This document shows positions 20,779 through 33,226 of a stretch of 64,000 nucleotides of DNA, in pieces; position 1 is the first letter of the stretch, and each line of letters starts with the position of its first letter. Made by a program: the position numbers and the translations under genes. The notes under the pieces are model-generated. The model was not told where the DNA came from and did no database searches. It was given only the letters and a program-made list of their open reading frames with translations. The stretch lies in assembly GCF_044647545.1 (NCBI RefSeq), contig NZ_CP172818.1; one strand, written 5' to 3'. This stretch comes from Escherichia coli. GTDB taxonomy: Bacteria; Pseudomonadota; Gammaproteobacteria; Enterobacterales; Enterobacteriaceae.

Positions 20779-22692
20779 ATGTCATCCGATATTAAGATCA
20801 AAGTGCAAAGCTTTGGTCGTTTCCTCAGCAACATGGTGATGCCAAATATCGGCGCGTTTATCGCGTGGGGTATCATCACCGCGTTATTTATTCCAACAGG
20901 GTGGTTACCGAACGAAACGCTGGCGAAGCTGGTCGGGCCGATGATCACTTATCTCCTGCCACTGCTGATCGGTTATACCGGTGGTAAGCTGGTAGGCGGC
21001 GAACGTGGCGGCGTAGTCGGTGCCATTACCACCATGGGCGTTATCGTCGGCGCAGACATGCCGATGTTCCTCGGTTCTATGATTGCAGGTCCGCTGGGCG
21101 GCTGGTGCATTAAGCACTTCGACCGCTGGGTAGACGGTAAGATCAAATCCGGTTTTGAAATGCTGGTGAATAACTTCTCCGCAGGCATCATCGGGATGAT
21201 CCTCGCTATTCTGGCATTTCTCGGCATTGGCCCGGTTGTTGAAGCCCTGTCTAAAATGCTGGCGGCGGGCGTTAACTTCATGGTTGTCCATGACATGCTG
21301 CCGCTGGCGTCTATCTTTGTTGAACCGGCGAAAATCCTGTTCCTCAACAACGCCATTAACCACGGTATCTTCTCGCCGCTGGGTATTCAGCAGTCCCATG
21401 AACTGGGTAAATCCATCTTCTTCCTGATTGAAGCTAACCCAGGTCCAGGTATGGGCGTGCTGCTGGCGTACATGTTCTTTGGTCGTGGTAGCGCTAAACA
21501 GTCTGCGGGCGGTGCGGCAATCATCCACTTCCTGGGGGGTATCCACGAAATCTACTTCCCGTATGTGCTGATGAATCCGCGTCTGATTCTGGCCGTTATC
21601 CTCGGCGGTATGACTGGCGTATTCACGCTGACTATCCTGGGCGGTGGGCTGGTTTCTCCGGCATCTCCGGGTTCTATCCTTGCTGTACTGGCGATGACGC
21701 CAAAAGGTGCTTACTTCGCTAACATCGCGGGTGTGTGTGCGGCGATGGCAGTCTCCTTCGTTGTCTCTGCTATTTTGCTGAAAACCAGCAAAGTGAAAGA
21801 AGAAGATGATATTGAAGCTGCTGCGCGTCGCGTTCAGGAAATGAAAGCTGAGTCTAAAGGTGCATCTCCGCTGTCTGCGGGCGATGTGACTAACGACCTG
21901 AGCCACGTACGTAAAATCATCGTTGCCTGTGACGCCGGTATGGGTTCCAGTGCGATGGGCGCAGGTGTGCTGCGTAAGAAAATTCAGGATGCAGGTCTGT
22001 CGCAGATTTCTGTTACTAACAGCGCGATCAACAACCTGCCGCCAGATGTGGACCTGGTCATCACTCACCGTGACCTGACCGAACGCGCTATGCGCCAGGT
22101 TCCGCAGGCACAGCATATTTCGCTGACCAACTTCCTCGACAGCGGCCTGTACACCAGCCTGACCGAACGTCTGGTTGCTGCCCAGCGCCATACTGAAAAC
22201 GAAGTAAAAGTGAAAGACAGTCTGAAAGACAGCTTTGACGATTCCAGTGCTAACCTGTTCAAGCTAGGCGCGGAGAACATCTTCCTCGGTCGCAAAGCGG
22301 CCACCAAAGAAGAAGCGATTCGTTTTGCTGGCGAGCAGCTGGTGAAAGGCGGTTACGTTGAGCCGGAATACGTTCAGGCGATGCTGGATCGTGAAAAACT
22401 GACCCCGACTTATCTGGGTGAGTCTATCGCGGTGCCACACGGTACGGTTGAAGCAAAAGATCGCGTACTGAAAACGGGCGTGGTGTTCTGCCAGTACCCG
22501 GAAGGCGTGCGCTTCGGTGAAGAAGAAGATGACATTGCCCGTCTGGTGATTGGTATTGCTGCCCGTAACAACGAGCACATTCAGGTTATCACCAGCCTGA
22601 CCAATGCACTGGATGATGAGACTGTCATCGAGCGTCTGGCACACACCACCAGCGTGGATGAAGTGCTGGAATTGCTGGCAGGTCGTAAGTAA
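20779..22692 (+). CDS. mtlA: PTS mannitol-specific EIICBA component
   Basis: 637-aa ORF ([31 protein letters not shown]...) with membrane EIIC, EIIB Cys region and C-terminal EIIA domain. Confidence 0.95.
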   Translation: MSSDIKIKVQSFGRFLSNMVMPNIGAFIAWGIITALFIPTGWLPNETLAKLVGPMITYLLPLLIGYTGGKLVGGERGGVVGAITTMGVIVGADMPMFLGSMIAGPLGGWCIKHFDRWVDGKIKSGFEMLVNNFSAGIIGMILAILAFLGIGPVVEALSKMLAAGVNFMVVHDMLPLASIFVEPAKILFLNNAINHGIFSPLGIQQSHELGKSIFFLIEANPGPGMGVLLAYMFFGRGSAKQSAGGAAIIHFLGGIHEIYFPYVLMNPRLILAVILGGMTGVFTLTILGGGLVSPASPGSILAVLAMTPKGAYFANIAGVCAAMAVSFVVSAILLKTSKVKEEDDIEAAARRVQEMKAESKGASPLSAGDVTNDLSHVRKIIVACDAGMGSSAMGAGVLRKKIQDAGLSQISVTNSAINNLPPDVDLVITHRDLTERAMRQVPQAQHISLTNFLDSGLYTSLTERLVAAQRHTENEVKVKDSLKDSFDDSSANLFKLGAENIFLGRKAATKEEAIRFAGEQLVKGGYVEPEYVQAMLDREKLTPTYLGESIAVPHGTVEAKDRVLKTGVVFCQYPEGVRFGEEEDDIARLVIGIAARNNEHIQVITSLTNALDDETVIERLAHTTSVDEVLELLAGRK

Positions 22693-22786
22693 TCCAATCC
22701 TCCCCTCTCCTCACGGAGAGGGTTTGGGTGAGGGAAAAGCCTCACCCCAGCCCTCTCGGGTAAAAACATTGATGAAGGTTAATACT
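22693..22786. repeat. GC-rich intergenic palindromic element (two stem-loops) between mtlA and mtlD
   Basis: cctctcctcacggagagg and ggtgagggaaaagcctcacc inverted repeats; possible attenuator or REP-like element. Confidence 0.5.
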
Positions 22787-23935
22787 ATGAAAGCATTACA
22801 TTTTGGCGCAGGTAATATCGGTCGTGGCTTTATCGGTAAACTGCTGGCAGACGCGGGTATCCAACTGACGTTTGCCGATGTCAATCAGGTGGTACTTGAT
22901 GCCCTGAATGCCCGTCATAGCTATCAGGTTCATGTGGTTGGTGAAACCGAGCAGGTAGATACCGTTTCCGGCGTCAATGCTGTCAGCAGCATTGGTGATG
23001 ATGTCGTTGATCTGATTGCTCAGGTTGATTTAGTCACTACCGCCGTGGGCCCGGTTGTGCTGGAACGTATTGCCCCGGCAATCGCCAAAGGGCTGGTGAA
23101 ACGTAAAGAACAAGGTAATGAATCCCCGCTGAACATCATCGCTTGTGAAAACATGGTCCGCGGCACCACACAGCTGAAAGGACATGTGATGAACGCCCTG
23201 CCGGAAGATGCCAAAGCGTGGGTAGAAGAACACGTTGGCTTTGTTGATTCCGCCGTTGACCGCATCGTGCCGCCTTCGGCTTCTGCAACCAACGATCCGC
23301 TGGAAGTGACGGTAGAAACATTCAGCGAATGGATTGTTGATAAAACCCAGTTCAAAGGCGCGCTGCCGAACATCCCAGGCATGGAGTTAACCGACAACCT
23401 GATGGCATTTGTTGAGCGTAAACTCTTCACCCTGAATACAGGTCATGCTATAACCGCGTACCTCGGAAAACTGGCCGGTCATCAGACCATTCGTGATGCG
23501 ATTCTCGACGAGAAAATCCGCGCGGTGGTAAAAGGTGCGATGGAAGAAAGTGGTGCAGTATTGATCAAGCGCTACGGCTTTGACGCAGACAAACATGCGG
23601 CGTACATCCGGAAAATCCTCGGTCGTTTCGAGAACCCGTACCTGAAAGATGATGTAGAGCGCGTAGGCCGTCAGCCGCTGCGTAAACTGAGTGCTGGCGA
23701 CCGTCTAATCAAGCCACTGCTCGGAACGCTGGAATATGGTCTGCCACATAAAAACCTGATTGAAGGTATTGCCGCTGCAATGCACTTCCGCAGTGAAGAT
23801 GATCCGCAGGCTCAGGAACTGGCAGCACTGATCGCTGACAAAGGTCCGCAGGCGGCGCTGGCACAGATTTCCGGTCTTGATGCCAACAGCGAGGTTGTAT
23901 CCGAGGCGGTAACCGCTTATAAAGCAATGCAATAA
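22787..23935 (+). CDS. mtlD: Mannitol-1-phosphate 5-dehydrogenase
   Basis: 382-aa product from the ATG at 22787 ([20 protein letters not shown]...), Rossmann GxGxxG motif. Confidence 0.95.
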   Translation: MKALHFGAGNIGRGFIGKLLADAGIQLTFADVNQVVLDALNARHSYQVHVVGETEQVDTVSGVNAVSSIGDDVVDLIAQVDLVTTAVGPVVLERIAPAIAKGLVKRKEQGNESPLNIIACENMVRGTTQLKGHVMNALPEDAKAWVEEHVGFVDSAVDRIVPPSASATNDPLEVTVETFSEWIVDKTQFKGALPNIPGMELTDNLMAFVERKLFTLNTGHAITAYLGKLAGHQTIRDAILDEKIRAVVKGAMEESGAVLIKRYGFDADKHAAYIRKILGRFENPYLKDDVERVGRQPLRKLSAGDRLIKPLLGTLEYGLPHKNLIEGIAAAMHFRSEDDPQAQELAALIADKGPQAALAQISGLDANSEVVSEAVTAYKAMQ

Positions 23936-24522
23936 TGGTGGACCAGGCGCAGGATACCCTGCGCCCGAATAACAGATTGTCAGATATGCAGGCAACAATG
24001 GAACAAACCCAGGCCTTTGAAAACCGTGTGCTTGAGCGTCTGAATGCTGGCAAAACCGTGCGAAGCTTTCTGATCACCGCCGTCGAGCTTTTGACCGAGG
24101 CGGTAAATCTTCTGGTGCTTCAGGTATTCCGCAAAGACGATTACGCGGTGAAGTATGCTGTAGAACCGTTACTCGACGGCGATGGTCCGCTGGGCGATCT
24201 TTCTGTGCGTTTAAAACTCATTTACGGGTTGGGCGTCATTAACCGCCAGGAATACGAAGATGCGGAACTGCTGATGGCATTGCGTGAAGAGCTAAATCAC
24301 GACGGCAACGAGTACGCTTTTACCGACGACGAAATACTTGGACCCTTTGGTGAACTGCATTGCGTGGCGGCGTTACCACCGCCGCCACAGTTTGAACCTG
24401 CAGACTCCAGTTTGTATGCAATGCAAATTCAGCGTTACCAACAGGCTGTGCGATCAACAATGGTCCTTTCACTGACAGAGCTGATTTCCAAAATCAGCTT
24501 AAAAAAAGCCTTTCAAAAGTAA
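23935..24522 (+). CDS. mtlR: Mannitol operon repressor
   Basis: 195-aa ORF whose ATG overlaps the mtlD stop (TAATG); K-12 gene order. Confidence 0.9.
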   Translation: MVDQAQDTLRPNNRLSDMQATMEQTQAFENRVLERLNAGKTVRSFLITAVELLTEAVNLLVLQVFRKDDYAVKYAVEPLLDGDGPLGDLSVRLKLIYGLGVINRQEYEDAELLMALREELNHDGNEYAFTDDEILGPFGELHCVAALPPPPQFEPADSSLYAMQIQRYQQAVRSTMVLSLTELISKISLKKAFQK

Positions 24523-24532
24523 GTACTTTCGC

Positions 24533-24742
24533 TTACTTCTCCTCTACCTGTTTCGGACGATAAAGCTGACGATAATACTCCAGACGTTGTAGATATAACG
24601 GCACGCTTTCATCAGGTATTCCGGACGGAATCGCGTTACGGGGAGGTAGTTTTTTCAGATACTCCCGGAACGCCTGGCTCGATGCCATGAAATCTACGGC
24701 TTTATCGATAAGAAGCGGAACGTTTTCACCTAATTTGCCCAT
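24533..24742 (-). CDS. yibT: Small protein YibT
   Basis: 69-aa ORF ([31 protein letters not shown]...) between mtlR and yibL, as I recall for K-12 yibT. Confidence 0.65.
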
Positions 24743-25024
24743 GATGATATCTCCGTATTACCCCGCGCCGGGAATGCGCGGCCGCCAATTTTAGTTTAGA
24801 TCCCGGTATAAATGACATTAAGGAAAACGTGCTCAATCCTCAATAATCATCCGTTTTATTAACTATCTTTTTTCTTTAAATTTCTTAATTAATCAATAAA
24901 TTGCGTAGTTTTTAAGCATGTTAATGTTTACATTATAGAACTATTGCAATGTCATCAGTTGTGAACAAAGCACCTGGTCGCGCATACTAGGGGCTATAAA
25001 TTTATCTTTATCAGAAGCCATCAC

Positions 25025-25387
25025 ATGAAAGAAGTCGAAAAAAACGAAATCAAACGTCTCAGCGATCGCCTGGACGCCATCCGTCACCAGCAGGCCGATC
25101 TGTCGCTGGTTGAAGCCGCAGACAAATATGCCGAACTGGAAAAAGAGAAAGCCACTCTGGAAGCAGAAATTGCTCGCCTGCGCGAAGTTCACAGCCAGAA
25201 ACTCAGCAAAGAAGCGCAGAAACTGATGAAGATGCCGTTCCAGCGTGCAATCACCAAAAAAGAGCAGGCTGATATGGGCAAACTGAAAAAAAGTGTTCGC
25301 GGACTGGTGGTTGTGCACCCAATGACCGCGCTGGGCCGTGAAATGGGCCTGCAAGAGATGACAGGGTTCTCAAAGACTGCGTTTTAA
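25025..25387 (+). CDS. yibL: DUF2810 family protein YibL
   Basis: 120-aa charged coiled-coil-rich ORF ([23 protein letters not shown]...). Confidence 0.85.
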
Positions 25388-25423
25388 GAACACAGTATCT
25401 ACAGGGTGATTCTGCACATTCCT

Positions 25424-25460
25424 ATAGGCCGAGTAAGGTGTTCACGCCGCATCCGGCAAG
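25424..25460. repeat. REP element
   Basis: ataggccgagtaaggtgttcacgccgcatccggcaag, matching the REP consensus (reverse orientation). Confidence 0.65.
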
Positions 25461-25544
25461 ATAAGGCGCTCTGGATCAACAACCTAAGGGCAATTCTCTG
25501 ATGAGGATTGCCCTTTTCTTTACCAGACATCTCCCTCCACCAAG

Positions 25545-25561
25545 AATTGGCCCTACCAATT
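25545..25561. promoter_or_regulatory. Putative LldR operator O1 (palindrome AATTGG-N5-CCAATT)
   Basis: aattggccctaccaatt, a perfect 6-bp inverted repeat about 200 bp upstream of lldP; GntR/FadR-type operator architecture. Confidence 0.6.
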
Positions 25562-25673
25562 CTTCGCTTATCTGACCTCTGGTTCACAATTCCCCAATTA
25601 AAACTCACATCAATGTTGCTAATGCATAACATTTAGTTAACTATCCATTGTCATTATCCCTACACAACACAAT

Positions 25674-25684
25674 TGGCAGTGCCA
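25674..25684. promoter_or_regulatory. Putative LldR operator O2 (TGGCA-N-TGCCA)
   Basis: tggcagtgcca palindrome about 80 bp upstream of the lldP start codon. Confidence 0.5.
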
Positions 25685-25759
25685 CTTTTACACAACGTGT
25701 GACAAGGAGATGAGCAACAGACTCATTACACTGCGTGTGTGGACTGCAGGAGACCTGCA

Positions 25760-27415
25760 ATGAATCTCTGGCAACAAAACTACGATCCCGCCGGGAATAT
25801 CTGGCTTTCCAGCCTGATAGCATCGCTTCCCATCCTGTTTTTCTTCTTTGCGCTGATTAAGCTCAAACTGAAAGGATACGTCGCCGCCTCATGGACGGTG
25901 GCAATCGCCCTTGCCGTGGCTTTGCTGTTCTATAAAATGCCGGTCGCTAACGCGCTGGCCTCGGTGGTTTATGGCTTCTTCTACGGGTTGTGGCCCATCG
26001 CGTGGATCATTATTGCGGCAGTGTTCGTCTATAAGATCTCGGTGAAAACCGGGCAGTTTGACATCATCCGCTCGTCTATTCTTTCGATAACCCCTGACCA
26101 GCGCCTGCAAATGCTGATCGTCGGTTTCTGTTTCGGCGCTTTCCTTGAAGGAGCCGCAGGCTTTGGCGCACCGGTAGCAATTACCGCCGCATTGCTGGTC
26201 GGTCTGGGCTTTAAACCACTCTACGCCGCCGGACTGTGCCTGATTGTTAACACCGCACCAGTGGCATTTGGCGCGATGGGTATTCCGATTCTGGTCGCCG
26301 GGCAGGTAACAGGCATCGACAGCTTTGAGATTGGTCAGATGGTGGGGCGTCAGCTGCCGTTTATGACCATTATCGTGCTGTTCTGGATCATGGCGATTAT
26401 GGACGGTTGGCGCGGTATCAAAGAGACGTGGCCTGCGGTCGTGGTTGCAGGTGGTTCGTTTGCCATTGCTCAATACCTCAGCTCTAACTTCATTGGGCCG
26501 GAACTGCCAGACATTATCTCTTCGCTGGTATCACTGCTCTGCCTGACGCTGTTCCTCAAACGCTGGCAACCAGTGCGCGTATTCCGCTTCGGTGACTTGG
26601 GGGCGTCACAGGTTGATATGACGCTGGCTCACACAGGTTACACGGCAGGTCAGGTGCTGCGCGCCTGGACACCGTTTCTGTTCCTGACCGCCACCGTAAC
26701 GCTGTGGAGTATCCCGCCGTTTAAAGCCCTGTTCGCTTCAGGCGGTGCGCTGTATGAGTGGGTGATCAACATTCCGGTGCCGTACCTCGATAAACTGGTT
26801 GCCCGTATGCCGCCAGTGGTCAGCGAAGCGACAGCGTATGCCGCCGTGTTTAAGTTTGACTGGTTCTCTGCCACCGGTACCGCCATTCTGTTTGCTGCCC
26901 TGCTCTCGATTGTCTGGCTGAAGATGAAACCATCTGACGCTATCAGCACCTTCGGCAGCACGCTGAAAGAACTGGCTCTGCCCATCTACTCCATCGGTAT
27001 GGTGCTGGCATTCGCCTTTATCTCGAACTATTCCGGTTTGTCATCAACACTGGCGCTGGCACTGGCGCACACCGGTCATGCATTCACCTTCTTCTCGCCG
27101 TTCCTCGGCTGGCTTGGTGTCTTCCTGACCGGATCGGATACCTCATCTAACGCCCTGTTCGCCGCCCTGCAAGCCACTGCAGCACAACAAATTGGCGTTT
27201 CTGACCTGTTGCTGGTTGCTGCCAACACCACCGGTGGTGTCACCGGCAAAATGATCTCTCCGCAATCTATCGCTATCGCCTGTGCGGCGGTAGGCCTGGT
27301 GGGCAAAGAGTCTGATTTGTTCCGCTTTACTGTCAAACACAGCCTGATCTTCACCTGTATGGTGGGCGTGATCACCACGCTTCAGGCCTATGTCTTAACG
27401 TGGATGATTCCTTAA
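25760..27415 (+). CDS. lldP: L-lactate permease
   Basis: 551-aa product from the ATG at 25760 ([30 protein letters not shown]...), multi-TM lactate permease family. Confidence 0.95.
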
Positions 27416-28191
27416 TGATTGTTTTACCCAGACGCCTGTCAGACGAGGTTGCCGATCGTGTGCGGGCGCTGATTGATGAAAAAAACCTGGAAGCGGGCAT
27501 GAAGTTGCCCGCTGAACGTCAACTGGCGATGCAACTCGGCGTGTCGAGAAATTCACTGCGCGAGGCGCTGGCGAAACTGGTAAGCGAAGGTGTGCTGCTC
27601 AGTCGACGTGGCGGCGGGACGTTTATTCGCTGGCGTCATGACACATGGTCGGAGCAAAACATCGTCCAGCCGCTGAAAACGCTGATGGCCGATGATCCGG
27701 ATTACAGTTTCGATATTCTGGAAGCCCGCTACGCCATTGAAGCCAGCACCGCGTGGCATGCGGCAATGCGCGCCACACCAGGCGAAAAAGAGAAAATTCA
27801 GCTTTGCTTTGAAGCAACGCTAAGTGAAGACCCGGATCTCGCCTCACAAGCGGACGTTCGTTTTCATCTGGCGATTGCCGAAGCCTCACATAACATCGTG
27901 CTGCTGCAAACCATGCGCGGTTTCTTCGATGTCCTGCAATCCTCCGTGAAGCATAGCCGCCAGCGGATGTATCTGGTACCCCCGGTTTTTTCACAGCTGA
28001 CCGAACAACATCAGGCAGTCATTGACGCCATTTTTGCCGGTGATGCTGACGGGGCGCGTAAAGCAATGATGGCGCACCTTAGCTTTGTTCACACTACCAT
28101 GAAACGATTCGATGAAGATCAAGCTCGCCATGCACGCATTACCCGCCTGCCTGGTGACCATAATGAGCATTCGAGGGAGAAAAACGCATGA
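27415..28191 (+). CDS. lldR: GntR-family transcriptional regulator of the L-lactate operon
   Basis: 258-aa product ([52 protein letters not shown]...), wHTH plus FCD domain. Confidence 0.95.
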   Translation: MIVLPRRLSDEVADRVRALIDEKNLEAGMKLPAERQLAMQLGVSRNSLREALAKLVSEGVLLSRRGGGTFIRWRHDTWSEQNIVQPLKTLMADDPDYSFDILEARYAIEASTAWHAAMRATPGEKEKIQLCFEATLSEDPDLASQADVRFHLAIAEASHNIVLLQTMRGFFDVLQSSVKHSRQRMYLVPPVFSQLTEQHQAVIDAIFAGDADGARKAMMAHLSFVHTTMKRFDEDQARHARITRLPGDHNEHSREKNA

Positions 28192-29378
28192 TTATTTCCG
28201 CAGCCAGCGATTATCGCGCCGCAGCACAACGCATTCTGCCGCCGTTCCTGTTCCACTATATGGATGGGGGGGCATATTCTGAATACACGCTGCGCCGCAA
28301 CGTGGAAGATTTGTCAGAAGTGGCGCTGCGCCAGCGTATTCTGAAAAACATGTCTGACTTAAGCCTGGAAACGACGCTGTTTAATGAGAAATTGTCGATG
28401 CCGGTGGCGCTAGGTCCGGTAGGTTTGTGTGGCATGTATGCGCGACGCGGCGAAGTTCAGGCTGCCAAAGCAGCGGATGCGCATGGCATTCCGTTTACTC
28501 TCTCGACGGTTTCCGTTTGCCCGATTGAAGAAGTGGCTCCGGCTATCAAACGTCCGATGTGGTTCCAGCTTTATGTGCTGCGCGATCGCGGCTTTATGCG
28601 TAACGCACTGGAGCGAGCAAAAGCAGCGGGTTGTTCGACACTGGTTTTCACCGTGGATATGCCGACACCGGGCGCACGTTACCGTGATGCGCATTCTGGG
28701 ATGAGCGGCCCAAATGCGGCAATGCGCCGCTACTTGCAGGCGGTGACGCATCCGCAATGGGCGTGGGATGTGGGCCTGAACGGTCGTCCGCATGATTTAG
28801 GTAATATCTCGGCTTACCTCGGCAAACCGACCGGACTGGAAGATTACATCGGCTGGCTGGGGAATAACTTCGATCCGTCCATCTCATGGAAAGACCTTGA
28901 GTGGATCCGCGATTTCTGGGATGGCCCGATGGTGATCAAAGGGATCCTCGACCCAGAAGATGCGCGCGATGCAGTACGCTTTGGTGCTGATGGAATTGTG
29001 GTTTCTAACCACGGTGGCCGCCAGCTGGACGGTGTGCTCTCTTCTGCCCGTGCACTGCCTGCTATTGCAGATGCGGTGAAAGGTGATATCGCCATTCTGG
29101 CGGATAGCGGAATACGTAACGGGCTTGATGTCGTGCGTATGATTGCGCTCGGTGCCGACACCGTACTGCTGGGTCGTGCTTTCCTGTATGCGCTGGCAAC
29201 AGCGGGCCAGGCGGGTGTAGCTAACCTGCTAAATCTGATCGAAAAAGAGATGAAAGTGGCAATGACGCTGACTGGCGCGAAATCGATTAGCGAAATTACG
29301 CAAGATTCGCTGGTGCAAGAGCTGAGTAAAGCGCCGGCGGCGGCGCTGGCTCCAATGGCGAAAGGGAATGCAGCTTAA
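28188..29378 (+). CDS. lldD: FMN-dependent L-lactate dehydrogenase
   Basis: 396-aa ORF ([29 protein letters not shown]...), alpha-hydroxy acid oxidase family; overlaps lldR by 4 bp. Confidence 0.95.
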   Translation: MIISAASDYRAAAQRILPPFLFHYMDGGAYSEYTLRRNVEDLSEVALRQRILKNMSDLSLETTLFNEKLSMPVALGPVGLCGMYARRGEVQAAKAADAHGIPFTLSTVSVCPIEEVAPAIKRPMWFQLYVLRDRGFMRNALERAKAAGCSTLVFTVDMPTPGARYRDAHSGMSGPNAAMRRYLQAVTHPQWAWDVGLNGRPHDLGNISAYLGKPTGLEDYIGWLGNNFDPSISWKDLEWIRDFWDGPMVIKGILDPEDARDAVRFGADGIVVSNHGGRQLDGVLSSARALPAIADAVKGDIAILADSGIRNGLDVVRMIALGADTVLLGRAFLYALATAGQAGVANLLNLIEKEMKVAMTLTGAKSISEITQDSLVQELSKAPAAALAPMAKGNAA

Positions 29379-29425
29379 GGGTTAGATGAATATCTGCTAT
29401 CCTGCCCCCGCACTAAGGGGGCAGT

Positions 29426-29899
29426 ATGCTAAACATCGTACTTTACGAACCAGAAATTCCGCCAAATACTGGCAACATCATCCGTCTTTGCGCTAATACC
29501 GGCTTTCGTCTGCATCTCATCGAACCGATGGGATTTGCCTGGGACGATAAGCGCCTGCGCCGCGCGGGGCTGGACTATCACGAGTTTACCGCCGTTACGC
29601 GTCATCATGACTATCGCGCGTTCCTTGAAGCAGAAAATCCCCAGCGCCTGTTTGCCCTCACCACGAAAGGTACGCCTGCTCACAGCGCCGTAAGCTATCA
29701 GGATGGCGATTATCTGATGTTCGGCCCGGAAACACGCGGCCTGCCAGCGAGCATTCTTGATGCCCTGCCCGCTGAACAAAAAATTCGCATTCCAATGGTG
29801 CCGGACAGCCGCAGCATGAACCTGTCCAATGCGGTGTCGGTCGTGGTGTATGAAGCCTGGCGGCAGCTGGGATATCCGGGAGCGGTGTTGAGAGATTAG
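29426..29899 (+). CDS. trmL: tRNA (cytidine/uridine-2'-O)-methyltransferase, SpoU family
   Basis: 157-aa ORF ([27 protein letters not shown]...), SPOUT motifs. Confidence 0.9.
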   Translation: MLNIVLYEPEIPPNTGNIIRLCANTGFRLHLIEPMGFAWDDKRLRRAGLDYHEFTAVTRHHDYRAFLEAENPQRLFALTTKGTPAHSAVSYQDGDYLMFGPETRGLPASILDALPAEQKIRIPMVPDSRSMNLSNAVSVVVYEAWRQLGYPGAVLRD

Positions 29900-29908
29900 T
29901 TACTGTAT

Positions 29909-29937
29909 GCCGGATAGATGATTACATCGCATCCGGC
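29909..29937. terminator. REP-like hairpin between convergent trmL and cysE (probable bidirectional terminator)
   Basis: gccggat(ag)...atccggc inverted repeat with a 15-nt loop. Confidence 0.5.
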
Positions 29938-29951
29938 ACAATCACAGGACG

Positions 29952-30773
29952 TCAGATCCCATCCCCATATTCAAACGTATGGTTAATACCGTTGAAATGC
30001 TGATCCATATCCATTGACGGTTTATCGCTATCCGGTTTGCCGACAATGCGTGCCGGAACGCCAGCGGCGGTGGTATGCGGCGGCACCGGTTGCAGCACCA
30101 CGGAACCTGCGCCAATCTTCGCGCCGCGCCCAACTTCAATATTGCCGAGAATTTTCGCGCCCGCGCCAATCATCACACCTTCACGAATTTTCGGATGACG
30201 GTCGCCACCAGATTTACCCGTACCGCCAAGCGTCACAGATTGCAGAATCGATACGTCGTTTTCAATCACCGCCGTTTCACCCACAACGATGCCCGTGGCG
30301 TGGTCAAGCATGATACCGCGGCCAATTTTTGCTGCCGGGTGAATATCAACCTGGAACGTCACAGAAACCTGGTTTTGCAGAAAGATTGCCAGTGCGCGAC
30401 GCCCCTGATTCCACAACCAGTGGCCGATGCGATACGCCTGCAAAGCATGAAAACCCTTCAGGTATAGCAACGGGGTTGAGTATTTATCCACCGCCGGGTC
30501 ACGGGTACGCACCGCCTGAATATCACAGGCCGCAGAGGCGATCATTTCCGGGTCGGCGGCGTAGGCTTCTTCGACCACTTCACGGATAGCAATAGCCGGC
30601 ATAATGGGCGATGACAGCTTGTTCGCCAGCATGTAGCTCAGTGCACTGCCAAGGTTTTCGTGCTTGAGTAGCGTCGCGTGGTAAAAACTGGCCAGCATTG
30701 GCTCACAGTCTGCCAGCGTTCTGGCTTCAGCTTTAATATTGTTCCAGACAATTTCCAGTTCTTCACACGACAT
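29952..30773 (-). CDS. cysE: Serine O-acetyltransferase
   Basis: 273-aa ORF (MSCEELEIVWNNIKAEARTLADCEPMLASFYHATLLKHENLG...), hexapeptide-repeat C-terminus. Confidence 0.95.
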   Translation of the reverse strand: MSCEELEIVWNNIKAEARTLADCEPMLASFYHATLLKHENLGSALSYMLANKLSSPIMPAIAIREVVEEAYAADPEMIASAACDIQAVRTRDPAVDKYSTPLLYLKGFHALQAYRIGHWLWNQGRRALAIFLQNQVSVTFQVDIHPAAKIGRGIMLDHATGIVVGETAVIENDVSILQSVTLGGTGKSGGDRHPKIREGVMIGAGAKILGNIEVGRGAKIGAGSVVLQPVPPHTTAAGVPARIVGKPDSDKPSMDMDQHFNGINHTFEYGDGI

Positions 30774-30852
30774 TGCTTACTCCACACGATAAGATAATGA
30801 CCGGCCCGTTCTGCGCGGGCCGGGTCATAGTGGTAACAAAGGTTCCCTGGGT

Positions 30853-31872
30853 TTAGTGGCTGCTGCGCTCGTCCTTGCGTGCACGACCTAGTAAAGTCAA
30901 TGCTGCCTCGCGCGCGTTTTTTCCGCAATATAATACTTGATAAATTTCCTCGGTTATTGGCATTTCAACGCCGAAGCGATGCGCCAGTTCGCGGACTTCT
31001 TTCGTATTGCGGTAGCCTTCCACCACTTGACCAATTTTCTCCTGCGCGCTTTGTACATCCATGCCCTGACCGAGCATCATGCCAAAACGGCGGTTACGCG
31101 ACTGGTTGTCGGTACAGGTCAGCACCAGATCGCCCAGCCCCGCCATGCCCATAAAGGTGGCAGGATCGGCACCCAGCGCCGCGCCAAGACGCGACATCTC
31201 AGCCAGCCCACGGGTGATCAGCGCCGTACGCGCATTCGCGCCAAAACCGATACCGTCGGACATCCCCGCGCCAATGGCAATGACGTTTTTCACCGCGCCG
31301 CCAAGCTGCACACCGATGAAATCCGGGTTGCTGTAAACGCGGAAACTTTTGCCACAGTGCAGCAATTGCTGGAGGTCATCGGCAAAGGTCTGGTCCGTCG
31401 AGGCCAGCGAAATGGCCGTCGGTAAACCTGCCGCCAGTTCTTTCGCAAACGTTGGGCCAGAGATAACCGCCAGCGGAATTTGATCGCCTAAGGCCTCACG
31501 CGCTACGTCCTGTAACAGACGTCCGGTTTCTGCTTCCAGCCCTTTGGTCGCCCACACCAGACGCGCATCAGGACGCATCAGCGGTTTAATCTGGCGCAGC
31601 ACTTCACCAAAGACATGGCTGGGTACGACGACGAGAATATTACGGCTGGCTGCCAGCGCAGTGGCGAGATCGCTTTCAAGATGGAGCGTATCGGGAAAAG
31701 GCACATCGGGGAGAAACGCGGCGTTACAGCGGTCGCGTTCAAGCGTTGCGATATGTTCAGGGTCATGGCCCCAGAGGACAACCTCGTGGCCATTTCTTGC
31801 CAGGGTAATGGCAAGAGCGGTGCCGTACGAGCCGGCACCGATCACAGTCATTGAAGCATTACGTTGGTTCAT
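30853..31872 (-). CDS. gpsA: NAD(P)H-dependent glycerol-3-phosphate dehydrogenase
   Basis: 339-aa ORF ([29 protein letters not shown]...). Confidence 0.95.
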   Translation of the reverse strand: MNQRNASMTVIGAGSYGTALAITLARNGHEVVLWGHDPEHIATLERDRCNAAFLPDVPFPDTLHLESDLATALAASRNILVVVPSHVFGEVLRQIKPLMRPDARLVWATKGLEAETGRLLQDVAREALGDQIPLAVISGPTFAKELAAGLPTAISLASTDQTFADDLQQLLHCGKSFRVYSNPDFIGVQLGGAVKNVIAIGAGMSDGIGFGANARTALITRGLAEMSRLGAALGADPATFMGMAGLGDLVLTCTDNQSRNRRFGMMLGQGMDVQSAQEKIGQVVEGYRNTKEVRELAHRFGVEMPITEEIYQVLYCGKNAREAALTLLGRARKDERSSH

Positions 31873-32339
31873 CAGGCATCCTGATGTTCTTCAGTACCTT
31901 CGCCAGCCTGCTGCTGCAAATAGTTCATGAACAGCGCATCGAAGTTAACCGGCGCAAGGTTCAGTTGCGGGAATGTACCGCGGGATACCATGCTGGTGAT
32001 GCACTCACGAGCATACGGGAACAGAATGTTCGGGCAGTATGCACCCAGGCAATGTGCCATCTGGGTGCCTTCGATACCCGCGATGGAGAAAATACCGCCC
32101 TGCTGAACTTCACACAGGAACGCGGTTTCTTCGCCCAGGGAGGCCGTTACGGTAACACGCAGTACCACTTCGTAAACGTCATCTGCCAGTTGAGAAGATG
32201 CCGTATCCAGATCAAGTTTAACTTCTGGCTGCCAATCTTTCTGGAAAACGTGCGGCGCGTTCGGCGCTTCGAAAGAAATATCCTTGGTATAAATACGTTG
32301 GATCTGGAAAGTCATTTCGGTGTTGTTTTGTTCTGACAT
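31872..32339 (-). CDS. secB: Protein-export chaperone SecB
   Basis: 155-aa ORF ([33 protein letters not shown]...). Confidence 0.95.
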
Positions 32340-32401
32340 GTGTAGAAAACCCTTAAGTGTTGTCCTTAAATACTGCGCAATGTAATGCCAACGTTCACAC
32401 G

Positions 32402-32653
32402 TTATTTCAGCAGGGGATCCAGTCCACCACGTGCATCCAATGCATACAAGTCATCACAGCCGCCAATGTGCTGTGCGTCAATAAAAATCTGGGGAACCGT
32501 GGTGCGACCGCTGCGTTTGATCATCTCTTCACGCTTAGCGGCGTTGCCATCGATCGGCAACTCCTGAAAACTCACGCCCTTGCTGCTCAGCAGTGCTTTC
32601 GCACGATGGCAATACGGGCAGGTTTCTTTGGTATAGATTTCAACATTGGCCAT
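32402..32653 (-). CDS. grxC: Glutaredoxin 3
   Basis: 83-aa ORF with the CPYC active site ([22 protein letters not shown]...). Confidence 0.95.
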
Positions 32654-32794
32654 AACTTAGCTCCTGTTTTTTTACCCTGAAATTTCATGTTGCAGGGCGG
32701 CTGCAAAATGGAGTGTCCCCAGAAGCTTATAACAATAAGTCGCTGGGGGCCTAATTGCAGCTAACGGCCTGCATCATGAAAGACGACAGGTAAA

Positions 32795-33226
32795 TTATTT
32801 GCCGCGCACCAGAGGTAAGTTTTCGCCAGCCCAGCCAGCAACGCCCTCTTTCAGCACGAATACTTGCGCAAAACCAGCTTTCGTCAGCGCGTTTGCAGGC
32901 TCCTGGCACTGCATGCCAGAACCGTCTACCACGATAACCGGTTTGTCTTTGTGCTTCTCAAGCTCACCAACATTGTTGGCTTTGATTTCGCTCGGCAACA
33001 GGTTGATAGAACCTGCGATATGGCCTTTACGGAAGTCATCACGCTGACGTAAATCCACAACCACAGCATCTTCTTTGTTGATCAGACGCGTAGCTTCACC
33101 ACGAGTAATCACCTTCACTTTCGAGGTCAGGCTCTTAAACGTAGTCACAATAACCGCCACCAGTAACGCGATCCAGGCGATACTCAGTATGGGATGACGG
33201 CCAACAAATTGCATAATTTCTTGCAT
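32795..33226 (-). CDS. yibN: Rhodanese-domain membrane-anchored protein
   Basis: 143-aa product from the ATG at 33226 ([27 protein letters not shown]...), rhodanese fold C-terminus. Confidence 0.85.
   Translation of the reverse strand: MQEIMQFVGRHPILSIAWIALLVAVIVTTFKSLTSKVKVITRGEATRLINKEDAVVVDLRQRDDFRKGHIAGSINLLPSEIKANNVGELEKHKDKPVIVVDGSGMQCQEPANALTKAGFAQVFVLKEGVAGWAGENLPLVRGK

Noticed and set aside
20905-22191. 428-aa ORF antisense to mtlA
   Set aside because: It is fully embedded in the conserved mtlA frame and has a His/Arg/Gln-rich, protein-unlike composition; an antisense shadow ORF.
25399-25632. 77-aa minus-strand ORF in the lldP promoter region
   Set aside because: It overlaps the REP element and the candidate LldR operator; no coding signature.
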